Positions 9,564 through 18,093 of a stretch of DNA of 64,000 nucleotides are shown here, in pieces. The translations under genes and the position numbers were made by a program. The notes beneath the pieces are model-generated. The model was not told the DNA's origin. It saw only the letters and a program-made list of their open reading frames with translations, and did no database searches. Every line of letters starts with the position of its first letter. Position 1 is the first letter of the stretch. The stretch covers positions 22,520 through 86,519 of the forward strand of contig PMZJ01000041.1 of assembly GCA_003170415.1 (NCBI GenBank), written 5' to 3'. The DNA comes from Phycisphaerales bacterium. Its GTDB lineage: Bacteria; Planctomycetota; Phycisphaerae; Sedimentisphaerales; Anaerobacaceae.

Positions 9564-10298
9564 TCAATTTTGTTTTTTGTTCTGTTTTTTTAGATAGCGG
9601 CGACAAGCTATTTCAGCTGCTTTACCGCTTTTCAGGTTGTGTTCCTCGGCAGTTTCCTGCCAAGCTTGCTGTTTATGTCTTGTCCCTTGGTACTTTTGCT
9701 CAAAAGTGGCATATACTCTTCGCAGAATTTTCTCATTATATTTCTTGGGACGGCCACGCCCTTTTGATTTTGTTTTCTTGCCGTTTTGCTTTGTGCTGGC
9801 AGGGTCGGCTTGTAGTTCTTTCCCCCGCCGCAGCGAAAATTGCAGCACTTTCAGGCGCTTCAGAATGTCTTCCCAACTGAGGTCATTAAGTTCCGATTGG
9901 GGGACATAGCAGTGCCTTAATAAAAAATCTCGAATTGTATCCATATCATAAGACCCAACGGTCTGCCCTATGAGTCGAAGTTCCTCTATGGTCAATCGGT
10001 TTTTTCTCCAATACAACTCGTAGTCAAGTTGTTTCAGCGCCTTGTGTTCCTTTTTGGTTAGAGGATTTTTTAGAAATTTTAGAAAAAGACGTTTATATTC
10101 GTCCTTGTCCCTGCGATGGACTGTTATTTCGTAGCGTGCATCCGTTTGACCCTGACGAAATGGATAGAAAGGAAAAATCTCCGCGATGTCCTGCAATACC
10201 CGATTATATGGATTCTCCGGCTCACCGTCTGCATTTTTAACGGTTTCGCTCACATCGGACTCAGCTTTGGCTTGCAATTGTCGTTTCGATTTGCTCAT
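9564..10298 (-). CDS. hypothetical basic protein with AT-hook (GRGRPKK)
   Basis: 244-aa Lys/Arg-rich ORF in an AT-rich island, in operon position after 10330-11196. No recognised domain apart from the AT-hook. Confidence 0.6.
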   Translation of the reverse strand: MSKSKRQLQAKAESDVSETVKNADGEPENPYNRVLQDIAEIFPFYPFRQGQTDARYEITVHRRDKDEYKRLFLKFLKNPLTKKEHKALKQLDYELYWRKNRLTIEELRLIGQTVGSYDMDTIRDFLLRHCYVPQSELNDLSWEDILKRLKVLQFSLRRGKELQADPASTKQNGKKTKSKGRGRPKKYNEKILRRVYATFEQKYQGTRHKQQAWQETAEEHNLKSGKAAEIACRRYLKKQNKKQN

Positions 10299-10329
10299 CG
10301 TTCACCTGTCCTTTTCGGGTCGGTTTGAG

Positions 10330-11196
10330 CTAACGAATCGGCTTTTCAATTATCTTTCCTCCACGCTCAACAACGTAGTTGACCAACTCAACGCCGCTAC
10401 TGATTGCCTCTGCAAATTGCTCTCTTGTAAGCGGCTCTGGTTCCCACATCTTGAAACTCTGAACTGTCTTTTTGGCACCGTTAATCGCAGTGTATTCGTA
10501 TGTTCCAACGCAAATAAGTATGCTGAAGGGGAAGATTTTTCCGTCAGAGAGTAACGGGCCGTCATATCCCGTCACGTGAAATATGGAATCCGACGTGTCT
10601 CCGACAAGTAGAACTCCGTCATCCCCGATGACAGAGAGCACTTTGCATTCTGGAGGTGTCCAGGTTATTGTGCCAACTGGTAGGGGTGTTTCCTTCATAT
10701 GCGTAGAGAGAATAAATCTAAAACTGAGTGCAACAAACTTACCATCAAACAAAACTATTTTGTCGGAGAACCGCTTATACATTCTATTGAACCAGTCCTC
10801 GTCTCTTTCTTTGCCTCGATAAATGATACGCCCGATAGGTTTGGAAGCCGAGCCAGATTCTTTTGTAGTGTCAATCCCTGCCTTCTCGCAAAGTAACCGC
10901 AATCGCTTGTTTTCTTTAATCTGTTCATCTAACTGTTTCTTCACGTCGCTGAGTGCTTTTTCAGTGCGGGTAATCTGCTCTTGCTGTGTTCTTATCGTCT
11001 TCTCCAGCGTATCAATCTTCGCCTGTAGAGTTTGAAGTCCGCTTCCCTGGTTCGCATCTTCTGCACCCAGCAGAACCGAGCCAAAGGCACTCAAGAAAAT
11101 TGCTACTATTGTGATAGAAACCCAAAATCTGCGAGATTCCATAAGTTCTCCTTCCATAGAATTTCCGCTTATTCCACTACTGTAGTATTTTAGCAA
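10330..11196 (-). CDS. hypothetical signal/anchor + coiled-coil protein (paralogous module to 11348-12307)
   Basis: Hydrophobic N-terminus RRFWVSITIVAIFLSAFGSVLLG; the start may be Met at 11142. Heptad-like segment ends in LRLLCEKAGID. The C-terminal domain is unrecognised. Confidence 0.62.
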   Translation of the reverse strand: MLKYYSSGISGNSMEGELMESRRFWVSITIVAIFLSAFGSVLLGAEDANQGSGLQTLQAKIDTLEKTIRTQQEQITRTEKALSDVKKQLDEQIKENKRLRLLCEKAGIDTTKESGSASKPIGRIIYRGKERDEDWFNRMYKRFSDKIVLFDGKFVALSFRFILSTHMKETPLPVGTITWTPPECKVLSVIGDDGVLLVGDTSDSIFHVTGYDGPLLSDGKIFPFSILICVGTYEYTAINGAKKTVQSFKMWEPEPLTREQFAEAISSGVELVNYVVERGGKIIEKPIR

Positions 11197-11347
11197 TCAT
11201 ACGCTATTCTTTTCAAGCACCATTTTGCACCCGATTTTGAGGTTTTTCGGGTTTACTTGGCTTGTTTCCGCGTTATAATAACTCTCGGTAGGAGAATAAA
11301 CAATGTCCAGAGTTAGCGGTGATACTTTCGTTGGTGAGGGAAAAATT

Positions 11348-12307
11348 ATGAAACAGTATCTATGGGTTTTTCTATTCTTGGCCTCAACGTGCTATGCCGA
11401 AGTCAATCAAACTGGCCCATATATAGTCAAAACTCTCCAAAATCAGGTATCGTCTCTCACAAACGAAAACAGCCAAATAAAACGAGAGAACGAAACGCTA
11501 AAGAGACAGTTAGCTGACAAGGACAGGGAAATCGAATGGCTTAAACACCTCTGTCGCAAAAATAACATCGACCCCAATGAGCAATCCAGTTTTCGAGGAG
11601 CAGATATAGGCGACCCAAAAAACAAGATGGCCTCAACGCGCTATACCGAAGTCAATCAAACTGGGCCGTATATAGTTAGGTCTCTTCAAAAACAGATAGA
11701 AACTCTCACGCAAGAAAATCAGCAAATAAAGCAGGCGAACGAACAACTCAAGCAACAGTTGGCGGACAAGGACAGGGAAGTTGAACGGCTCCAAGCTCTC
11801 TGTCGCAAAAATAACATCGACCCCAATGTGCGATTCAGTTTTCGGGGAGCACATATAGGCGACCCAAAAAACAAGATGGCAAAGCAAATCAGTGTTAAAC
11901 CTCAGATTAAAAAGCTAAATGGATTGGAAAGGTTTAAAGACAACTCTGTGGAAGATCGGTTAGGTGATATTCCCATTAAATATTTGTGGTGGAATTATCT
12001 CGATGACAAACTTGTTGGATTTTTGGTAGCCGCCAAATCAAATGTATTTGACCAATTTCGTGATTATCTAATTGCACGATATGGTGAACCAGACGCAATT
12101 GAAAGGGGGACGACCCAAAATGCAATGGGGGCCACATTTCCCTCAATTATTCTTGTGTGGGAGACACCAGATGGACATATGTTGTTAATGAACCCCTCTA
12201 ACAATATCGACGAATTGGCACTTAGTATGACCCAAGCCGGTATTGATGAGGAATTGGACAGACGGGACAAGGATATTGCCAAGCAAAATTCAGGCAAAGC
12301 ATTTTAA
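11348..12307 (+). CDS. hypothetical secreted protein with two tandem coiled-coil modules
   Basis: Signal peptide MKQYLWVFLFLASTCYA; the start is taken at ATG 11348 inside the ORF that opens at 11303. An 83-aa module is duplicated, each copy ending LCRKNNIDPN...GDPKNKMA. Confidence 0.68.
   Translation: MKQYLWVFLFLASTCYAEVNQTGPYIVKTLQNQVSSLTNENSQIKRENETLKRQLADKDREIEWLKHLCRKNNIDPNEQSSFRGADIGDPKNKMASTRYTEVNQTGPYIVRSLQKQIETLTQENQQIKQANEQLKQQLADKDREVERLQALCRKNNIDPNVRFSFRGAHIGDPKNKMAKQISVKPQIKKLNGLERFKDNSVEDRLGDIPIKYLWWNYLDDKLVGFLVAAKSNVFDQFRDYLIARYGEPDAIERGTTQNAMGATFPSIILVWETPDGHMLLMNPSNNIDELALSMTQAGIDEELDRRDKDIAKQNSGKAF
11380..11877 (+). repeat. in-frame tandem duplication, 2 x 249 bp
   Basis: Units at 11380-11628 and 11629-11877. 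Both begin GGCCTCAACG(T/C)GCTAT(G/A)CCGAAGTCAATCAAACTGG and share identical stretches such as CTCTGTCGCAAAAATAACATCGACCCCAATG. Confidence 0.9.
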
Positions 12308-12405
12308 ATTGAATACAATGATCCTCACATCCTTTGTTCACTTTTTTCAAAATCGGCTTTACTCCCGACTTTGTGGTCTCGGTGCAGCGACGCTTCGCCC
12401 CGCAA

Positions 12406-12461
12406 GAGTTTTGCTCCGCAAAACTCAAAAAACCTCCGCAACATTTCCCGCTTCGGGAAAT
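12406..12461. other. two perfect short hairpins between convergent genes
   Basis: GAGTTTTGC-tcc-GCAAAACTC at 12406-12426 and ATTTCCCG-ctt-CGGGAAAT at about 12443-12461. T/A runs are adjacent but not in canonical terminator geometry. Confidence 0.45.
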
Positions 12462-12548
12462 ACGACGCGAAGGCAGGCAGCGGGGGCTATGGGAAACGCT
12501 GACAACAATTTTATTTTACCGAGTCATCCATCGGCATACCGAGTTGTT

Positions 12549-13169
12549 TTACCCTATAAGCTCCACGTCAATGGGTTTTTCCGGCACAGGCCCCGCGGCA
12601 AGGGCAAGTTCTTTTCCGAGTCGAACCGCTTCCTGCATCGCATTAGTATTTTCAGCGATTTTGCCCGCTTCGTCGGCGTTACTGACAAACAGATTGGCGA
12701 AATAACCCATATCGACCGTGTCTAAGTAGTATTTCATCATCAGCCGGATACAATCGAATCCTTTGCCGCCCTTTTTGCCTCCGACGGCGATGACCATAGC
12801 GAGCCGTTGTGTTTGTCTCGGCTTCACAACCGGGCGATTGAGAATATATTTGCTTGCCCAAAGGCACTGGCAGCGGTCGATGAGTATTTTCGCCTGGGCG
12901 CAGACGCTCATAAAAAATATCGGCGTCGCAAAAATCAGGCGGTCGGCGGCGAGGATTTTCGGAAGCACCACCTGAAAATCGTCCTGAATCGGACACTCAC
13001 CTGTTCCATAACAGGCCCCGCACGCAGAACAGGGCGAGATATTGAATTTGCACAGACGCAGGTATTCCGCCTCTGCGCCGGCGGAACTGGCGCCGGACAA
13101 CACCTGGCGCAAAAGCATATCGCTGTTACTGTTGTCTCGCGGGCTTGCTGATATTCCGAGAACTTTCAT
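12549..13169 (-). CDS. iron-sulfur flavoprotein-like NADPH-dependent FMN reductase
   Basis: MKVLGISASPRDNSNS N-terminus and CSACGACYGTGEC cluster. Paralog of 5584-6138. Confidence 0.78.
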   Translation of the reverse strand: MKVLGISASPRDNSNSDMLLRQVLSGASSAGAEAEYLRLCKFNISPCSACGACYGTGECPIQDDFQVVLPKILAADRLIFATPIFFMSVCAQAKILIDRCQCLWASKYILNRPVVKPRQTQRLAMVIAVGGKKGGKGFDCIRLMMKYYLDTVDMGYFANLFVSNADEAGKIAENTNAMQEAVRLGKELALAAGPVPEKPIDVELIG

Positions 13170-13190
13170 AATCTGCTGCTTAAAACAGGA

Positions 13191-14453
13191 CTAATTGCGC
13201 CTCTTTGTTTCCCTCGATGTGTTTTCGTAATCGGCCTGAATGGAATTCAAGACCTTCTCGATATCCTTAACGTCCATGTCCAGGTCAGGATACTTTTTCG
13301 CAAGGGTTTTGAGGTTTTCAAAATCGCTTCTGGCACCCTGCAGAATACTCAGGAATTTGGGCGCCGGCTGCGGGTATTTCGACTGTTTTATCTTCAGGTC
13401 AAGCGATTTTGCTATCTCGTCCATACGGCGTTTCGCTATTTGCAGCTCTTTTCTGGCGAACGCTATTTTCTTGTCTGTAACGACATTTGCGTCGCCGGCA
13501 TTAAGCTGCCCAAGCAGTTGTTCCCGTGAATCGACAAGCCCGTCGGCCATCGTACATTCGACGGCTTCTTTGGCGGTTAGCGTCAAAAGCGACCCCGATT
13601 TATTCCAGGTCCGTGCGACCTGCTGGCCCGGCTTTTTGTTTACCGGGTCGATGAATAATCTTTTTGCCCCCTGGTCTACCTCAACTACCTCAATACTGCT
13701 GTCAACCATCGCCCTTGCGAGCAATCCGGGGCGGTCGTTTTGCTGCGCCAGTGAAGCGAGATATGCCCGCCAGGCGGAGCTGAACTTTTCATTGATTACG
13801 TCCTCGTATTTCCTGTCTTTGAATTCATTGACCTCTTTGGGCTTATTAATCAATGTCGCGGCACCGATGATTGTGTTTTCCGTCATATAGATTTTGCTGC
13901 AGGATAGCGCTACCGCTGCGCCGGCGGATATCGCGCCGCCGTATTTGCCGCCTTTGACGAACGCGATTACGTTGCAGTCGGCGTTTTTTATAATGGCCGT
14001 ACACATCCGCTGGGCCAGGTCAACCCGCCCGCCGGGTGTATCAATTTCAACAAGTATGAACAAAGGACCTTCTTGCGAACTTTCGGCTATCGCTTTCTCG
14101 AAGGCGTCAGTTTCTATCTCATACATTATCGCATCATCCAGGGGCACGACGATGACCTTGTTGTTTCTGCCGAGATTGTCCCGTTTGATTTCCCATTCTT
14201 TGGGATTCAGTTTGAGCAGACCTTTTTCCTGTGTAAAGACGCTCGTCGGGCCATCTTCAGCTTCGGCGGATTTCGGCGAACTGCCGTCCTGGCGGGCGCT
14301 TTGGGCGGAGCCGGGCAGTCGGCCCGTAATGTATCCGTGGAGTTTCTCATTGGTCTGACGATTGGTGAATGTGTCCGCAAAACAAACGCCGGCAAACAGG
14401 ATTATCATTGCCGATGTCAAAGTAACTACAGTTTTTAGTTTTTTCATTATCAT
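13191..14453 (-). CDS. exported ClpP-class serine protease (NfeD N-terminal-domain-like)
   Basis: Signal peptide, then VEIDTPGGRVDLAQRM...GGAISAGAAVALSCSKIYM...IGAAT, typical of NfeD/SppA-type ClpP-fold proteases. Helical C-terminal region. Confidence 0.68.
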   Translation of the reverse strand: MIMKKLKTVVTLTSAMIILFAGVCFADTFTNRQTNEKLHGYITGRLPGSAQSARQDGSSPKSAEAEDGPTSVFTQEKGLLKLNPKEWEIKRDNLGRNNKVIVVPLDDAIMYEIETDAFEKAIAESSQEGPLFILVEIDTPGGRVDLAQRMCTAIIKNADCNVIAFVKGGKYGGAISAGAAVALSCSKIYMTENTIIGAATLINKPKEVNEFKDRKYEDVINEKFSSAWRAYLASLAQQNDRPGLLARAMVDSSIEVVEVDQGAKRLFIDPVNKKPGQQVARTWNKSGSLLTLTAKEAVECTMADGLVDSREQLLGQLNAGDANVVTDKKIAFARKELQIAKRRMDEIAKSLDLKIKQSKYPQPAPKFLSILQGARSDFENLKTLAKKYPDLDMDVKDIEKVLNSIQADYENTSRETKRRN

Positions 14454-14664
14454 ACCCTGCCACTTTTTTAACGCCGTTATTATATCATAAGCAATCCCAA
14501 ATAAATATACGCTTAACCCGTTTTACACAGGGGCTTGCAAAAAACCGTCACTGTGGTAAAAGATTCATTGCCTCTCGTCGCGGCGAAGGTTTATAGCTCC
14601 GCTGGCAAAAATCTGGAATGCCGCGCCGTAGCCGGGCGATTCATATTTTTCTCAGGAATCTGGT

Positions 14665-17600
14665 ATGGCGGTTAGGTTTATACTTGGCAGGAGCGGCACG
14701 GGCAAGACACACCATTGCGTAAAGGCAATAGTGGAGGCATTGTCGCAGCCCGCCCCGAGCGTAGTCGAGGGGGCAAACAACCAGCCGTTGGTGCTTCTTG
14801 TTCCTGAGCAGGCGACCTATCAGGCGAGCGAGGCAATACTCAGTGATACGCGTATAACCGGGTATAATCGGCTGCACGTCCTGTCTTTTGACCGCTTAGT
14901 TTATCTTGTCCTCGGCAAAAATATCGCCAGGCCCGCTATTTCTCGCCTTGGCCGGGCAATGGTCATTCAAAGAATCCTCCGCGAATGCGCGGGCAAACTA
15001 AACGTATTCGCCGATTCCGCAAGGATGCCCGGTCTGGGCCAGCGTTTAGCCGGGACGATTGCCCAGTTGCAGCAATACGCGAACACGCCGGACGATATAA
15101 AAAATCTCGTGCAAAATATGCGAAAACAACAGGGCGATACCCTGGCATCGGCGAAGTTTGCCGATTTGGGAATCGTTTTCGAGGAATACCTGAAGTTTAT
15201 CGAAGGTAAGTTTCTTGACCCGGATATCCAACTGACTTCGGCTTGCAAGGCGGTCGCGAATGCGGATTTGGTGCGCGGGGCGAAACTATGGGTCGATGGC
15301 TTCGCGGGCTTCACCACGGCCGAGCTTGCCCTGCTTACCGAACTGCTCAAAGTAGTCGAAGACGCCCAGATTGCCCTTTGCCTCGACCCCGCGACGACCG
15401 ATATAGCCAACCCGGACAAAAACAAAATCGACCCGACGGATTTATTCGGCCACACCGCCGAGACGTACGCCGAGCTTGTCGAGCGGATAAAAAAGTGCAA
15501 ACTCAAACTTTCCCCGCCGTTGATTTTAAATAAGCCGATTCGCTTTTCGAACAGCCCGGCACTTACGCATATTGAGCAAAGCGTATTCAATCAGGATTCC
15601 GCAGTAACATCCGCCGGCGGCAAAATCCGTGTCGTATCAGTGCCGAATACTCGCGCCGAGGTGCAGTTTGTCGCCCGGCAGATAACAAACTTAGTCAGGC
15701 ACGCCGGCTTCAGGTACCGCGACATCGCCGTCATCGCATCCGACCTCGATTCTTATGAAAACTACATCAAGACCTGTTTTGAAGATTATGCTATCCCCGT
15801 TTTTATAGATAAGCGAAGACCTCTCAATCAGCATCCGGTAATCGAGATGATTTGTTCGGCGATGAACGCGGTAACAAATGATTTTCCCGCAGGCGAAATC
15901 TTTGCGTATCTCAAGACCGACCTGTTGAATATCGAGCGAGATGAAATTGACCTGCTGGAAAATTATTGTCTCGCCTTTGGCATCACCGCCAGCGACTGGC
16001 AAAGTGACAAGCCCTGGAAATACGCCGCGGACAGGGCAGAACAGTTTGCCCAAGAGCAGGTAAACCAAATCCGTATAAAAGTTATATTGCCCCTGCGTGA
16101 ATTAAAAAGGAAACTTGATGACGCCGCTATGCCACAGAAATTGCTGACCGCGAAACAGTTTATAAAAATAATTTTCAATTTCCTTGAAGATACTGAAATA
16201 AGCAAACGCTTGGCGGTTTGGGACGAACAGGCAATTAATAAGAAAAATTACACAGCCGCGGATGAGCATCATCAGTTGTACCACTGGCTAATGGATATCT
16301 TTGACGAATTAGTTGAAGTCTTTGATGACTTACCACTTGGCTGTGAGGATTATCTTGCGATTCTTCGAAGCGCGTTTTCGCAGATAACGCTGGCGTTTAT
16401 TCCTCCCAATCTTGACCAGGTTTTAGTCGGCTCGATTGAGCGCAGCCGACATCCCGATTTGAAGGCGGTTTTCCTGATTGGCACAACCGAAAGGCAATTC
16501 CCATCGCCTGTCGTTTTTGACAGCATACTAAGCGAAGAAGACCGTCTCGCCGCACAGTCATCAGGCGTTGACCTTCCGCCCGGCGTCCGACAGGAGCTTG
16601 CCAACAGACCATATCTTGCCTATATCGCGTTTACCAGACCTTCGGAATTTCTCTGCGTTACTTATCCTGCTGCTGACCAGAAATCAAACGCGGTTGCCCG
16701 TTCGCCTTTCGTCGATAACCTTTTCCGGCTGTTTGACGACCTCAAAGAGGAATCGGTTGATTCCTCGCCGCTGGCCATTGAAGAGGTCTGCACAACATAC
16801 GAGCTTGAGGATGTTCTTTGCCGTCCTCCGCAATTGGTTGGGCTTTTGGATGATATCCTCCGCGATGACCAACTCGCGGCTATTGGTTCGAGAGCAGCGG
16901 GGGCAGTCGGCTATAAGAACGAAGCGACGCTGGATAGTTCAGTTGTCGGGGAGCTTTTCGACAAGCAGTTATCCAGTTCCGCGTCCCGGCTGAGCACCTT
17001 CGCCGAATGTCCTTACAGGCACTTCTCAAGATACATACTCGGCCTGAATAAACGCGAGGAGTTCAAACTTGAGCCGCCCGACCTGGGCGAATTTTATCAC
17101 CGTGTCCTCGACAGGTTTACCAAAAGGGCTGTCGCCGACAAAATAAATTTCCAGACAATCACCGATGATGCCTTGATTAAAATACTCGATGAAGAGACCG
17201 AACGACTTTGCCGGGAGGATTCGTTTATCTCCAAATTTGCCGCCCACAGCCCGCACAACGCTTTTGTGATTAGTTCCGCGAGGGAATATCTGCGGGATTG
17301 CGTAATAGCTGTGTCGCAGATGATTCGCGCGGGTGGTTTTCGTCCCGCGATGTCCGAGATTTCGTTCGGCAAATCCAAATCTGTCGGCGATTCAATCGGC
17401 GAATTTACGTTGACGCTTCCCGATGGCAGACGACTCACCCTTAATGGCCGAATCGACCGGCTGGATATCGCGAAGATTGACGGGCGAAAGGTCGCTATTG
17501 TCTTCGATTATAAAAAACGTTCCAAAGATTCCTTTAGCTGGGCGGAATTTTATTATGGCCTCGATATTCAGCTCGCGGTTTATATGCTCGCTGTTCGCAA

Positions 17601-18093
17601 CGCTGCTGGGAAATTTGCGGATGATATTGCCGGCGCGTTTTATATGCCAATCGAGGTCGGCACGGAAAATGTCGAGCTTGGCAAATCCATCGACAATAAT
17701 CCCAAATTTGCCCACAAGGCAAGAGGGATATTCAATGGTAATTACGCTTCTTCACTCGACGGCACAGCCGCGAAGGACAGTCATTATTATAATTTCTTCG
17801 TTACAAAGGAAGGCGACCCTTACGGAAAATATAATTATCTCGGCTCTCTTAGACCGGCGGATTTCGAGGCGTTTATGAATTTCGGCTCGCGAAAGATAAC
17901 CGACATTGCCGGGCAAATCACATCCGGCAAAATCACCGCTTTGCCCTATCGCCTCGGCACAGATTCGCCCTGCAAACAATGTGAATATAAACCCGTCTGC
18001 CGATTCGACTGGCAGATAAATAATTACAACCTGCTTACCCGCGTCAATAAGGAGCAGGTCCTTGAGCGGATTAAAACAGATGAGTCAAAGTAA
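14665..18093 (+). CDS. addB: helicase-nuclease complex subunit B (AddB/RexB type)
   Basis: Walker A GRSGTGKT. C-terminal PD-(D/E)XK region with Fe-S cysteines CPYRHF ... CKQCEYKPVC. Overlaps addA. Confidence 0.85.
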   Translation: MAVRFILGRSGTGKTHHCVKAIVEALSQPAPSVVEGANNQPLVLLVPEQATYQASEAILSDTRITGYNRLHVLSFDRLVYLVLGKNIARPAISRLGRAMVIQRILRECAGKLNVFADSARMPGLGQRLAGTIAQLQQYANTPDDIKNLVQNMRKQQGDTLASAKFADLGIVFEEYLKFIEGKFLDPDIQLTSACKAVANADLVRGAKLWVDGFAGFTTAELALLTELLKVVEDAQIALCLDPATTDIANPDKNKIDPTDLFGHTAETYAELVERIKKCKLKLSPPLILNKPIRFSNSPALTHIEQSVFNQDSAVTSAGGKIRVVSVPNTRAEVQFVARQITNLVRHAGFRYRDIAVIASDLDSYENYIKTCFEDYAIPVFIDKRRPLNQHPVIEMICSAMNAVTNDFPAGEIFAYLKTDLLNIERDEIDLLENYCLAFGITASDWQSDKPWKYAADRAEQFAQEQVNQIRIKVILPLRELKRKLDDAAMPQKLLTAKQFIKIIFNFLEDTEISKRLAVWDEQAINKKNYTAADEHHQLYHWLMDIFDELVEVFDDLPLGCEDYLAILRSAFSQITLAFIPPNLDQVLVGSIERSRHPDLKAVFLIGTTERQFPSPVVFDSILSEEDRLAAQSSGVDLPPGVRQELANRPYLAYIAFTRPSEFLCVTYPAADQKSNAVARSPFVDNLFRLFDDLKEESVDSSPLAIEEVCTTYELEDVLCRPPQLVGLLDDILRDDQLAAIGSRAAGAVGYKNEATLDSSVVGELFDKQLSSSASRLSTFAECPYRHFSRYILGLNKREEFKLEPPDLGEFYHRVLDRFTKRAVADKINFQTITDDALIKILDEETERLCREDSFISKFAAHSPHNAFVISSAREYLRDCVIAVSQMIRAGGFRPAMSEISFGKSKSVGDSIGEFTLTLPDGRRLTLNGRIDRLDIAKIDGRKVAIVFDYKKRSKDSFSWAEFYYGLDIQLAVYMLAVRNAAGKFADDIAGAFYMPIEVGTENVELGKSIDNNPKFAHKARGIFNGNYASSLDGTAAKDSHYYNFFVTKEGDPYGKYNYLGSLRPADFEAFMNFGSRKITDIAGQITSGKITALPYRLGTDSPCKQCEYKPVCRFDWQINNYNLLTRVNKEQVLERIKTDESK

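Noticed and set aside
9200-12548. The AT-rich island as a recognisable mobile element or defence system
   Set aside because: No integrase, transposase, terminal inverted repeats, tRNA target or known defence domains were seen. It is reported only as an orphan island.
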